A stretch of 25,448 bases of DNA from positions 1 through 25,448 of the IMG/VR virus record IMGVR_UViG_3300046717_000185. The stretch is one strand, 5' to 3'. Source of the DNA: a virus (Duplodnaviria > Caudoviricetes). The notes beneath the pieces were generated by a model. The model worked only from the letters and a program-made list of their open reading frames with translations. It made no database searches and was not told where the DNA came from. Below, piece after piece: positions 13,249 through 25,448 of this stretch (positions within the stretch are counted from its first letter, which is position 1; each line of letters begins with the position of its first letter). A program made the position numbers and the translations under genes.

Positions 13249-15096
13249 TCATCGTTGTGATAGATCGCCCAGCAAGCCGCCATAGGACGCAGTGCCAGCG
13301 TTGTTGAGCAACTGGTCGAGGGTGATCTGGTCCTTCGGCGGCAGGCGCTGCTTCATCAGATACAACCCCAGTTTGGGGTCGGCATAGCCACGCGCATTCA
13401 AGTCCTGCATCCTCTTCTCTGGCTGGCTGTAGAGGAAGTCCAGAATCCGTTTGGGGACCGCCTGGAACAGGGCGTTTTGCGCTATCCCGCCGCCCAGGCT
13501 GCGATTGACCAGGTTGCCGCTTGCCATGTCCTGGAAGGTGTTCGACCCCGCCGGACGCACCGCGCTGCTGTTCGACAGCGCCGCCCGGTCGAGGTCGGCG
13601 ATCACCCGCTGCAACATGTTCATCTGCGCGGGAGTGAAAATCGTCTCGGCACCGCCCTTGGTCACCGGGTTCTGTACCCCCTCCACCGCCGACTTCAGCG
13701 CATAGGGAGAGAGTTGCGGGTTGCCCCGGAGGTCGACCTGGGTCTTGCTGAACTTGTCCAGAATCTCCATCGACGCCTTGGCCTGGTCGACGGCCTTGGA
13801 CATATCCTTGTAGGTGTCGAGGTACTTGCCGAATTCGCCCTTGGTGGCCTTGTTCAGCACCACGTCGATCTGGTTCTTGACCATCATCAACTGCTTCTTG
13901 CCCCATGCGTCAAGCGAATTGTTTTCGGGAATATTCCTAAGCCACTTGTCGATCAGCATCCGCGTCCCGTATACCCCGCGTGGATCGGCATCGAGCTTGC
14001 TCATCAACTCCCCAAACTTCTGGATCAGCGTGTTGTCCTTCGACGCATTGCCAAGGTCGTAGATCATCTTCTCGACGCTACTGATGTCCACTGGTTTGGC
14101 CTTGGCGAAAGCATTCTCCCGAATCGGGTCTGCCGCCTGGTCACGCAACATGTCGGCCAGCGCCAGCGCCTGCTCCGAGGCTGGCAGCGTCCGCAACTGA
14201 TCCATTCGCGCCTGGTTGTTGGTAAGCTGTTGCTCACCGAGGATCGCAGTGCCTGGACTCATCCGCTGCACCCCGCGCTCCGCGCCGAGCAGCCCGATAT
14301 CTCGCGACGCCTGACCCGTCGTCGGCTGCGAACCGGGGACGTATTCCGGCACGTTCTCCAGATTCGCCATTGCCGCCTTCGGATCGTGCAACTGGTCATA
14401 CATGCTGGTGCCGACGATCTGATCCTGACCCTTTTCGCGCAGCGGCCGGATGCCCTCCACTGCTGCCCTGCCGCCCATCTTGGCCGCGCCGATGCCAGCG
14501 GGTGCAGCTAGGCCCCCAACCTGGCTGGCGATGAACTGCCAGACTGGCCCAGCGCCTGCCGCCTTGGCCCCCTCCGCCGCTGTCGCGCCGCCCACCGCCC
14601 CCTGCGCCTGGATGCCGAGCTTCTCACCCAGCGGGGCCAGCAGCGGGGCCTCACGCGCAGCCACCCCGGTCGGCGTCGCAGTCGGCGATACCTTACCCAC
14701 CGGCCCCCGTGTCACCAGCGGCCCCAGACCGGCCAGGAACTTGCTGGGAGACGCCGCCACCAGGGCCTCGGCAGGCCCTGCCAGGAACTGTTCCAGCCCC
14801 GGCTGGAATTCGGGTAGCCCAAGCTTGGTCAAGGCCTGCGAGACCCCCTGCGAGGGCAATGGGGCGTTGCTGCCCGTGATCTTGTTGAGCGTATAGGCCA
14901 ACGGGTTGGCGAAGACATTGGCGATCCCTGTCAGTCCCTCGACCCCGATACGCGGCAGGAGCCCCAACTGATGCATGAACTGGTCGGTCATCGACATCTT
15001 CTTCGGCGCTTCTTCTTTCGGCCCTTGCTTGGCTAGCAACTCGGCCTCCAGCTTGTTCAGTTCCTCAAGCGAGAGCTTGGAATAGTCCATTTCCAT
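13249..15096 (-). CDS. Putative DNA ejection / internal virion protein
   Basis: About 615 aa, Gly/Ala-rich hydrophobic segments then a helical body; SD GGAGG; position in the ejection cluster. Confidence 0.75.
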   Translation of the reverse strand: MEMDYSKLSLEELNKLEAELLAKQGPKEEAPKKMSMTDQFMHQLGLLPRIGVEGLTGIANVFANPLAYTLNKITGSNAPLPSQGVSQALTKLGLPEFQPGLEQFLAGPAEALVAASPSKFLAGLGPLVTRGPVGKVSPTATPTGVAAREAPLLAPLGEKLGIQAQGAVGGATAAEGAKAAGAGPVWQFIASQVGGLAAPAGIGAAKMGGRAAVEGIRPLREKGQDQIVGTSMYDQLHDPKAAMANLENVPEYVPGSQPTTGQASRDIGLLGAERGVQRMSPGTAILGEQQLTNNQARMDQLRTLPASEQALALADMLRDQAADPIRENAFAKAKPVDISSVEKMIYDLGNASKDNTLIQKFGELMSKLDADPRGVYGTRMLIDKWLRNIPENNSLDAWGKKQLMMVKNQIDVVLNKATKGEFGKYLDTYKDMSKAVDQAKASMEILDKFSKTQVDLRGNPQLSPYALKSAVEGVQNPVTKGGAETIFTPAQMNMLQRVIADLDRAALSNSSAVRPAGSNTFQDMASGNLVNRSLGGGIAQNALFQAVPKRILDFLYSQPEKRMQDLNARGYADPKLGLYLMKQRLPPKDQITLDQLLNNAGTASYGGLLGDLSQR

Positions 15097-16592
15097 CACT
15101 GTCCTCCTTCCAATAGCCTGCGCTTCGCTGCCTGTACGCCAGAAAGGGTGGCGTTGGGTGGGGTGGGTTGTGCTACCGCTGGCGCGAGGCCCCTCGGCGT
15201 GCGGAAGCCCATCGACTTCGCCACCGCATCGACTGCATCGTTTTCTTCCTTGATGACCTGCTGCAGGTAGGCGATCTTGTCATGGACCGCCTTCGGCGAA
15301 TCGGTGATCCTCGGAATGAAGTCCTTGGTCCGCTTGTACTCATCCAGCGACACTGCGGCGCCAGAGCGCAACAGCAGGATCTGGGAGCCGATGTCGGCAA
15401 TGGCGGCGCGGGTGGCGATTCCTTCCGGCTTGTAGTAGGCGGCAGCATCCTGCGCCCCCGGCAGGGCACCGTAAATCGGCAGCAGCGCATCCTTATCGCC
15501 CTGCACCTCGCCAATCTTCTCGCCCTTGAGCAGCCTCGACGCGAAGCTGAGCTTATTGCCCAATTGGGTGTTCGATACCTTCGTCGCCATGAACTGCGAC
15601 GGCATATCCTGGCCCTTTTGCAATTGCTGCCCGTCCGGCCCCAGCACCGGGCGCGTCACCCCCGGCTGATTCGTGTTCACCGCCACATAACCCTGGTCAC
15701 CCTCGACCAGTTGCGGCTTGTTCAACTGATCACGAGCAATCTGGGCACTCTGCGCCCGGTTCAGCGCCCCTTCCCGCGTGGTGCGGATGTCAGTCTGCTG
15801 TTCGCCGGGGGTCAGGGTTTTCGGAACCTCCGCAATCACCTTGTTCGGATCGTAGGCATCGGAGAACCTTATCCCCTTGCCGTAATCGGTCGCCACCGGC
15901 TTTTCCAGATCCGGCCCATACGACGGCATCGGCTGGATCGAGCCGTCTTCCATGATCATCACCTTCACCCGCTGGGGCTTGCCGTCCTGGATCTGGGTCA
16001 GGGTGGTGACCTCCTTGATCTTGGGCTTGTACTTCTCATAATCATCGATCCACGATTTCGCCATCTCGCGCACCGCCGGGGAGTCGCTGAAGCGCCACTT
16101 CTCCATCACCTGGCGAGTCATGTTGTCCCGCGCCCCTCCTGTGGGCGGTGGCGGCATCTGCGGTACTTGCATCGGCGGCGTTACCGGCCCCGCATAGTCA
16201 CCTGGCCCGACATCGCTCTGCGGTCCCATCGGCGGCGCAGGAGGTCCATAACCGGCACCACCCAGCCCGGTGCGATCTTTCTGGAACTGCGCCATCGCCG
16301 CCCGTTCCAGTTGCTTCTGCTTCATCGTGTCCACCGCGCTCAACAGACTGACCAGTTGTGCCGGGTCTTTCTGCTGCCGGGTCTTCTCGGCCTGCATCGC
16401 TTCCATCCCCAGCAGGCCACCCCTGCCCAGCGACTGCCAGAGGTTGCCCCCGTTCTGGTTACCGGCCAGCATCGCCAGCCCCATCGAACTCAGCCCGGTG
16501 CGCCAGGGCGAAGTCTCCTCCTCGTTGTACCGGGCGAGGGCCTTCTTCAGCAGCGTGTCGAGGTCTGGATTGTCGAGCATGGAATCAGCCAT
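15096..16592 (-). CDS. Putative DNA ejection / internal virion protein
   Basis: SD AAGGAG before ATG 16592; N-terminal GLAMLAG...SLGRGGLLG motif; C-terminal RSGAAVS..E...FIP...D motif. Confidence 0.75.
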   Translation of the reverse strand: MADSMLDNPDLDTLLKKALARYNEEETSPWRTGLSSMGLAMLAGNQNGGNLWQSLGRGGLLGMEAMQAEKTRQQKDPAQLVSLLSAVDTMKQKQLERAAMAQFQKDRTGLGGAGYGPPAPPMGPQSDVGPGDYAGPVTPPMQVPQMPPPPTGGARDNMTRQVMEKWRFSDSPAVREMAKSWIDDYEKYKPKIKEVTTLTQIQDGKPQRVKVMIMEDGSIQPMPSYGPDLEKPVATDYGKGIRFSDAYDPNKVIAEVPKTLTPGEQQTDIRTTREGALNRAQSAQIARDQLNKPQLVEGDQGYVAVNTNQPGVTRPVLGPDGQQLQKGQDMPSQFMATKVSNTQLGNKLSFASRLLKGEKIGEVQGDKDALLPIYGALPGAQDAAAYYKPEGIATRAAIADIGSQILLLRSGAAVSLDEYKRTKDFIPRITDSPKAVHDKIAYLQQVIKEENDAVDAVAKSMGFRTPRGLAPAVAQPTPPNATLSGVQAAKRRLLEGGQ

Positions 16593-16601
16593 GATCACTC
16601 C

Positions 16602-17174
16602 TTATAGGTACTGCTGCTGTGGCATCCGCATCCCGCCGTAATTGCTCTGCGCGGGACCGTAGTTGCCCAAGCCGCCATTGCCCCACATCTGCATCGACGG
16701 TTGCCGCATCCCGAATGGTTGGCCCCAGCCATAGGCATTGCCGGGTGGCCGACCGTACTGCTGCCACGGCTGGTTCTGCCACGGCGATGGTTGGTTCATG
16801 GCCGTGTTGGCGAGGGTGGCCTGCTCTGGTGGTTGCTCACCGGCATTGGTTGACTCCTGCGCTGGCAGACCTTGTGCAATGCGCAGCGCCTGCGCGTCTG
16901 CGTTGTAGCCGGAACCGGGATCTTGCGGGTTGTTCCACGCCATGTTGCCACCGCTCATCCCCATCATCGGTGAGCCGCCGCCATACCCCGCCCGTTGCTG
17001 CCACTGGTTCTGCGCCTGCCGCAACTGCGGACTGTACCGACCCCCGGCGCCCTGACCCCAAGCCGGTTGCTGGCCGTAACCGCCGCCACCATAGGGGTTC
17101 TGCATTCCACCACCGTAGCCGTAGGGTTGCTGCATCCCGCCATAACCCATTCCACCGCCTGCTGATCCGCTCAT
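16602..17174 (-). CDS. Low-complexity G/Q/Y/M/N/P-rich (prion-like) protein
   Basis: 190 aa, SD GAGGA, repeated GYGG/PYG motifs, fits tightly between neighbours. Confidence 0.75.
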   Translation of the reverse strand: MSGSAGGGMGYGGMQQPYGYGGGMQNPYGGGGYGQQPAWGQGAGGRYSPQLRQAQNQWQQRAGYGGGSPMMGMSGGNMAWNNPQDPGSGYNADAQALRIAQGLPAQESTNAGEQPPEQATLANTAMNQPSPWQNQPWQQYGRPPGNAYGWGQPFGMRQPSMQMWGNGGLGNYGPAQSNYGGMRMPQQQYL

Positions 17175-17184
17175 GTCATCCCTC

Positions 17185-18387
17185 TCATTTCAAATACGAT
17201 GTCGGCGCAGGTGGCGGCGCTTGCTTGCCGTAGGTCTGCTGATACCAGTTGGCGTAGGCTGCGGCACTCGACGGGAAGTTGCTCCCGCCGAGGAACCCCA
17301 GCAGCCCCAGCATCGAACCCGGATCGGTGGTGGCCGGTGCGGTATCGAGGTGGTAACCGGCTGGCGTTCCCGCCCCGTACCCGTTCGACGGCAGCGAAAC
17401 ATCGCCGCCGGTCCCCGGCAGCATCTGCGGACCCCCCTGCTGCTGCTCCCAGGCATCAGCCTGGGGATTGCGGTACATCCCGCCATAGGGGTTGTTCGGC
17501 GAATAGGCCTTGGTCGAGACGCTGGGGCCACCGGTCGGCGGCACCTGCCAGGTCGGTGGACCACCCCCACCCGAGAGGTTGATCACCCCGCCGCCTTCCG
17601 GCACGTCGTAGTACTGCGGGGGGCCATTGTTCCCGCCACCGGCCCCGGTAGTCTGGTTGGGTGGGGGCGGATTCTGTCCCGGTCCTGGATTGAAGTTGTT
17701 CGGCGGGGGCTGGGTGCCTCCCGGTGACGCTAGCCTCGGGATGACCGGGGCTGGCTGTCCGACCTGCTGCTGGCCGGGGTTGTAGCCGGACAGCCCCGCA
17801 TAGGCACCGATGAACGGGTTGCTGGCGTTGGTCACCCGTGGCACGTTGGAGCGCCCGTACTGGATCGCCGCGTTGAGCGGGTTGGGGTTGCCCATCGTGG
17901 TCCGGCTGAACGATCCCGGCACGCCGCTGGGCGGATTGGGGTTGCCCGTCGGCTGGATGCCGAATGGCTGGCCGCTGCTGCCGCCAGGAAACTGGTTAGC
18001 CAGAGCCGGATTGTTGCCGTAGTACGACTGCATCCGCACCGGCGTATTCATCCTCGGCGGCAGCGTCCCCTGGAACCACGATGGCAGGTAGTTGTTGGGC
18101 TGGATCGAGCCTTGCAGTGCCTGCCCGACCTGTTGCCCCATCGACGGGAACATGCCGGTGTAGTTGCCGTAGGTCTGCTTGAATTGCGGCGGCAACCAGG
18201 GACCGCCCTGCTGCCCACCCTTCCAGGCATCGGCCCGGTTCGGGTCTTTGTTGGTGTCGGTGGTGTTGGTCGAAAAACTCTCCGACAGCACTGTGTGGGT
18301 ATCGATGTCGGTAAGCCTGCCCCGGTCGTCTTCATACAGGGTGTGGCCCGTTTTCGGGTCGGTGAAATATCCGCGTCCGGTAGCCAT
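17185..18387 (-). CDS. Low-complexity P/G/N/Q-rich protein with small N-terminal globular segment
   Basis: 400 aa, TAATG overlap with the upstream stop. Confidence 0.75.
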   Translation of the reverse strand: MATGRGYFTDPKTGHTLYEDDRGRLTDIDTHTVLSESFSTNTTDTNKDPNRADAWKGGQQGGPWLPPQFKQTYGNYTGMFPSMGQQVGQALQGSIQPNNYLPSWFQGTLPPRMNTPVRMQSYYGNNPALANQFPGGSSGQPFGIQPTGNPNPPSGVPGSFSRTTMGNPNPLNAAIQYGRSNVPRVTNASNPFIGAYAGLSGYNPGQQQVGQPAPVIPRLASPGGTQPPPNNFNPGPGQNPPPPNQTTGAGGGNNGPPQYYDVPEGGGVINLSGGGGPPTWQVPPTGGPSVSTKAYSPNNPYGGMYRNPQADAWEQQQGGPQMLPGTGGDVSLPSNGYGAGTPAGYHLDTAPATTDPGSMLGLLGFLGGSNFPSSAAAYANWYQQTYGKQAPPPAPTSYLK

Positions 18388-19121
18388 TATGCGTACCCCA
18401 TCTGTTGCAGCATCAGTTTCCGGCGACGCTGCATCTCTGCATCATCGCCCCCCACGCCTGCCAGCGTCGGCGCATACGGAGTGACCTGGTGCGGCTGCTG
18501 CTGGCCGAGCAGCGACACCGACGACGGCTGCTGCGAGGGCGCTCCGCCACCCGGTTGCCGCGCCATGATCGATTCCTGCTTCGGCGGTGCCTGGTCGCCC
18601 AGCAGGCTCTTGGCGATGGTCCCGGTCATGCCGGTCTTGGCGAGGTTCTTGCCAATCGTACTCAGGCCCTGCTTGCCAAAGCGCATGAACTTCTCGAAAT
18701 CGGTAAGCTGGGAGGGCGGCAACTGGCCCTCCGGGATGTTGCCGAAAATTGACGACTCGGCGCTGCCGGGTTGCAGCAGGCTACTGGTCGCTGTCTGTCC
18801 CCCAGACAATGCCTGGTTCATCGCCGCCTGTTCCGCCGCCGAGCCGCCACCATAGGAGGTGCCCTGCGCCACCGCAGTCCCCCCGGCGTCCATCGCCTGC
18901 TGGGCGGCAATAGCCTCTTGCATCGCCGTCTGTTCCGCCAGCGATGCCCCGCCATACGACGCCGCGCCGAGCAACCCACCCGCACCGGCACCCGCCGCCG
19001 CACCGGTGCCCAATGCGCCAGCGGCAGTCGCCGCCCCTGCGGCCGCACCCACGCCACCCTCCGCCCCCAGGCCACCGTAGACCAGTGCCGACATCAGTGC
19101 TGCTTCTTCGATACCGCTCAT
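18387..19121 (-). CDS. Ala/Gly-rich putative ejection (pilot-like) protein
   Basis: 244 aa, SD AAGGAG, long GA-rich hydrophobic N-terminus, internal repeat SYGG.S.AEQ.AM..A. Confidence 0.75.
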   Translation of the reverse strand: MSGIEEAALMSALVYGGLGAEGGVGAAAGAATAAGALGTGAAAGAGAGGLLGAASYGGASLAEQTAMQEAIAAQQAMDAGGTAVAQGTSYGGGSAAEQAAMNQALSGGQTATSSLLQPGSAESSIFGNIPEGQLPPSQLTDFEKFMRFGKQGLSTIGKNLAKTGMTGTIAKSLLGDQAPPKQESIMARQPGGGAPSQQPSSVSLLGQQQPHQVTPYAPTLAGVGGDDAEMQRRRKLMLQQMGYA

Positions 19122-19130
19122 GTCGTCTCC

Positions 19131-20231
19131 TTAGCCAAACATGCTTGCGCCGAGCAAGCCGCCGCCAATCAGCGCCGCATACGGATTGGCCTGGTAGTTG
19201 GTCTGCCCGGTCTGCGTGTTCTGCCCGTAGTTGCCCGAGGCCCTCGACAGCGCGTTGCCGAAAATATCCGCCTGCTGATACGGGTACTGCTGCCACTGCT
19301 GGTAGCTGTTCAACTGCTGGTTCAACATGTCCTGCTGGTACTGTCTTTGCGCGTCGCCGACACCGATAATGTGCTGCGCGTCGGACAGGTCGCTCTGGTG
19401 GCCCTGCAGCGCGTTCTGGTAGGCGCTCATCTGCCGGTTGCGCTCCGCATCCCAGGCGCTGGTCGCCCGGTTGAGGTCGTTGGTCTGCGATTGCATCCCG
19501 CGATTGAGCGCCGCTTCGGCGATCCCCGAGTTCCGCGCATAGTCCGCCTGGCGGGTGTCGTTGACCATCCCGATGGCCTGCTGCTCAAGGTTGGCGTTGC
19601 GCCCGATGTCCTGGTTGTAGAGTCCGCTCGACCGGTCCCACTGCCCGAAATCCATCTCACTCGACTGCCGTGCGAGGTTCCGCGCCAGCGCGTCCTCGTT
19701 GGCCCCGATCTGCGCGACGTGGGCACCCCCGGCGAAGGCCCCCGGCCGGTTGAAGGCGGTGTCGGTCTGCGCCGCCGTCCCGCGCTGGTAGGCACCCACC
19801 ACGTCATTGAGCGAATTCTGTTTGAACTGCGCGTATTCCGGCGAGAACCCGCCATACGGGTTGTACGAATCGCGATAGGTGTTGGTCTGGATCTGCGGCG
19901 CCGCCTCCGCAAGCTGCCACGGGTTGTAGGCATTCTCGGTCTGCTGCGTCGCGTAGGGATTCTCATAACCACCACTGGCGGTAATCTGGTTCATCGCCTT
20001 CGCCGCCGCCATGTCCGGCGAGTCATTCCCGGCCAGATCCATCATGTACTGCATCCCACCGGCCTGGGCGTTGTTGATGGGGGCAACAGTCATCCCCTCG
20101 TAGGGTTGGTACGTCTGCTGGGTGATCGCCGTCAGGTTATTGACGTAGTCCGCCCAGCCCTGCTGTGCATAGTCGGGCGGCTCAAACCGCGCCACCGTCG
20201 AAGAACCGCCACCACCTGATCCGCCGCCCAT
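19131..20231 (-). CDS. P22 gp7-like DNA transfer/ejection protein
   Basis: MGGGSGGGGSST start, NPY motifs, Q/N/A-rich body, C-terminal GGGLLGA; directly follows the GNAT-like gene. Confidence 0.75.
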   Translation of the reverse strand: MGGGSGGGGSSTVARFEPPDYAQQGWADYVNNLTAITQQTYQPYEGMTVAPINNAQAGGMQYMMDLAGNDSPDMAAAKAMNQITASGGYENPYATQQTENAYNPWQLAEAAPQIQTNTYRDSYNPYGGFSPEYAQFKQNSLNDVVGAYQRGTAAQTDTAFNRPGAFAGGAHVAQIGANEDALARNLARQSSEMDFGQWDRSSGLYNQDIGRNANLEQQAIGMVNDTRQADYARNSGIAEAALNRGMQSQTNDLNRATSAWDAERNRQMSAYQNALQGHQSDLSDAQHIIGVGDAQRQYQQDMLNQQLNSYQQWQQYPYQQADIFGNALSRASGNYGQNTQTGQTNYQANPYAALIGGGLLGASMFG

Positions 20232-20241
20232 GTCTAGCTCC

Positions 20242-20682
20242 TCATAACTGTCGTTCGTAGCACACTCTCACCGGATTGAATTTTCCGCGCAGGAACCGCT
20301 TCCAGCCCTCGCGCCCCGACATCCTCACCGTGCTGGCACCCGCCGTCTGCGCCAGCCCGTCGATGAATTCAATCGTCCCCTCGACAAACTGTTCCACCGC
20401 AGCGAAATGGTCAAGGCCATTGCGTGGTTCGCCGAATAGCACCCAGACGTGCAGATAGGGCTGGTTGGTAAAGGTGTCGCGCTTGCTCTCGATCACCATG
20501 AACCCACGGTACTCGTCGCCGTCCCAGGCCAGGTACAGGAAGGCCATCTTGGTCCGCAGGTAGGTGTAGATGTCCTCCGGTATCCAGGTCTCGTTGCCGA
20601 CCTGCAGCACCCGCTCCAGTCCGGTCTTGACCCTGGCCCAGCAGGCGCGGAGGTTTTCGGGGGCGATCATCTCGTACCTCAT
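20242..20682 (-). CDS. GNAT-fold protein of the podovirus tail/ejection cluster (T7 gp13 / P22 gp14 position)
   Basis: ATG 20682 overlaps the upstream stop; W.RV..GL, LHVW..FG, A...GA..V...GR.GW.R motifs. Confidence 0.72.
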   Translation of the reverse strand: MRYEMIAPENLRACWARVKTGLERVLQVGNETWIPEDIYTYLRTKMAFLYLAWDGDEYRGFMVIESKRDTFTNQPYLHVWVLFGEPRNGLDHFAAVEQFVEGTIEFIDGLAQTAGASTVRMSGREGWKRFLRGKFNPVRVCYERQL

Positions 20683-22591
20683 CCGGCCGACCCGGCAGTG
20701 ACCGCGCTCAGATCGGCGGCAGACGACACCACGTCCCAAATTTTGACGTTGCGGATCTGGCCCCCTATCGCCAGCCCGACCCAGGGCGAGTAGCCGATGC
20801 TCACCAGTGACGCTCCCATGCTGCCCGAGAACGTCGTCCCGGCCACCGGCAGGCCACCGCCGGTACACCGCTGCTGTCCGCCGCCCCAGGTCGATGCCAC
20901 CTTACGGATGGCGGTGCTGGAGTCTGGCAGTCCGGTCTTGACCGCCAGCGTGGTGCCGTCGTACATGGCGATGCTGTCCGAGCCATAACTGCCCTGGATC
21001 ATCAGCGGCAGGTGGTAGGTCTCGCCAGTGACATACCCGCGCTGCTGCCAGGCCGTCTTCCACTTGGTCCTGACCTCGGCGTAGGCGGTGCCCACGCTGG
21101 GGTTCATGTTGTTGCCGGGGAAGGACAGGATGTCGGTGCCACGGGTGGCGACCGCATACTGGCAGGGGTAGGTGTAGATGTCGCTGCCGGTATCCATCAC
21201 CGTCATCCCGTACAGATACCAGGCGGGTTGACCACTGCCGCCATAGGTGTTGCCGTTCTCGGCGACGATCCAGGTGGACAGCGCGGTCGACGCTGCGACG
21301 CCTGACATCGCCACCCAGCAGAAGTACCAACCGCCCTTGAGGGGAATGATGCCCGAGCCGCGCAGGGTGCCGGTGCCGCCGTTCATCTGCGCCAAGGTGA
21401 CCGTGCCGTTACCGGCGAGGGTATACCTTGCCAGGGCCTGGTCGGGGCCGAGGATATGCTGCACCTGGATGTTGTTGCGCTGGCCGGGGGCGGCGAAGAC
21501 CCCGAAAAACGAATTGGTGACCGCGAACGGCAGGGTCGCGCTGGTGTTCATGTAGTGCTGGGCACTGACCGCAGTCTCAACAAAGGCGGCTCCGTAATAG
21601 TCCCGGGTCGGACCTGGTGCGTTCTTGGTGACGACCGACATGTTCGCCACATTGACCGTGCTGAAGTCCCACTCGATGCCCCAGCCGACGGTGGTCTGCG
21701 AGTCCATCAAGATCCCGCCGGGGCCGACGGTATCGCAGACGATGGCGCTGGCACCGTTGGTAGTCGTCAGCGGCACCGTCCCGGCGATCTCGTTCATCAC
21801 GTTGCCGGTCATGGTGTTGCCGTTCTTGACGCCGTAGCAACGCACCCCGTCGACATTGGAGTAGGCGGTGCCGCCCATGCCCACGGTCTGGTACTCGCCA
21901 GGGTTGGTGTTGGACTGCCCCGAGATCAATTCAAATTGCACCCTGCCGACCATCAGATCGCCTGCCTGCGAGTTGTTGACCCCGCCGCTGTTGGTGCCGT
22001 AGAGGCCGATGGCGAAGGAGGGCGCGGAGGCGAAGCTGGCAGTGACCAGGAACGAATAGCGCACCGGGCCGGTGTTGTTGATGGTGAGGTTGTTGATCTG
22101 GTTGCTGAGTGCGACGACCAGCACTATCGGGTTGCTCAGCGTCCACAGATCGACCGACAGGCGATAGGCGGCGGTGGTCAGCGGGACCACGATGACCTGG
22201 TACATGCTCGATACGCCCACCGCGAGGTCGTTGCCACGGTTCAACTGCACCCGTGTGGCCTGCGACCCGCCATAATTCCAGGTGAGGACCGGGGCCGCCG
22301 AATTGAGGCCGACGTTGTACGCCGTCCACGGTGCCACGGTCAGGTTTTGCGAAGAGCCGAGGATCATGTTCTCGACCCGCCTCGCGCCGGGAAACCGGGC
22401 CTCATTCGGCTTGCACTTGCGGAGCACCATCTCCCAGTCGTAGACCGTGCCCCCACCAAGGGAACAGGAAAAGGTCGGGGTGGGACTGACCGCCTTGGTC
22501 GGCCACAACTGCCACATGAGGGGATGGTCGAAGACCAGGTTGGCGGCGGGAGGCGGCTTGAACTGCGATCCCCAGTGCATGACCGAGTGCA

Positions 22592-22592
<1 letters not shown>
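20679..22592 (-). CDS. Virion spike/fibre protein with lectin-like (CBM/LamG-like) beta-sandwich domains
   Basis: 637 aa, T/S/G/N/V-rich; NEARFPGARRVEN, GGWYFCW, ATR..D.L, G.IRNVKIW....S.A.L motifs. Confidence 0.72.
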
Positions 22593-25011
<2,419 letters not shown>

Positions 25012-25015
<4 letters not shown>

Positions 25016-25448
25016 CGCTCACCCGCAGGGGTCAGTTTGGGCACGATGTCGAGAATGCCGGTGGCGACATTGATCGACTGGTTGTGGAGATCGACGCGGA
25101 AGGCGAAAAAGTTGGTGGTGCTGGCCTGCACCACCTGGTTGGGGTTGCCGCCCAGGGTATCGAAGCGGTAACTGGCGTTGAGGTTGGCGACCCCAATCTG
25201 CGTCCCGTAACAAGGCGTCCTGCTGCCATACCAAGTCAGTTCCATGGTCGGCGGCACCGTCACCGGGTTGGGCGGACGCGCCGACATCACCGGGGTCACC
25301 CGCGCCAGTGTCGACAGTTTGTCCGGTTGCCCGACATAACCGGTGACCAGGTACGAGTCGCCCCACTGGTCCTTGTTGCGGTTCTTGGTCGCCCCGTTGA
25401 CGATGTAGCCGATGTCGACATTGACCGCCTCCTGGTTGGTCTGGATCT
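25012..25448 (-). CDS. C-terminal part of a tail tubular/packaged-DNA stabilisation protein (P22 gp10-like), 5' truncated by the window
   Basis: Frame stays open to the window edge ([14 protein letters not shown]...TGYVG...RVTP...RFD...AGER); position just upstream of the fibres. Confidence 0.65.

Overview
A roughly 25 kb segment of a GC-rich, podovirus-like tailed phage genome; the host is probably a proteobacterium (inference). Layout: (1) 7-980, plus-strand chain of five small ATGA-coupled genes ending in a ribbon-helix-helix regulator. (2) 4593 down to 907, minus-strand operon: leaderless Cro-like gene, small genes, a ~500 nt non-coding block, two PD-(D/E)XK-like nucleases, a collagen-like protein and tiny membrane proteins. 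(3) 4720-10483, plus-strand early operon driven by two related sigma70 promoter cassettes: many small hypothetical genes, a Rad52-like annealing protein, an SSB, a Zn-nuclease and an excisionase-like protein. (4) Window end down to 9970, distal virion operon on the minus strand: tail stabilisation protein, collagen tail fibre, lectin-like spike, GNAT-like protein and an expanded set of putative ejection proteins, two of them prion-like in composition. No CI repressor, integrase or replication initiator/helicase/primase/polymerase is visible in the window. The strongest signal is at 3383-3873, where lambdoid phages carry replication genes. It holds a promoter, a C4/CI-antisense-like cloverleaf RNA with matching upstream target sites, a second structured domain, a perfect DnaA box and an AT-rich repeat tract: a candidate RNA-controlled origin/immunity module without a Rep protein. 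All family calls are by eye; no searches were run.
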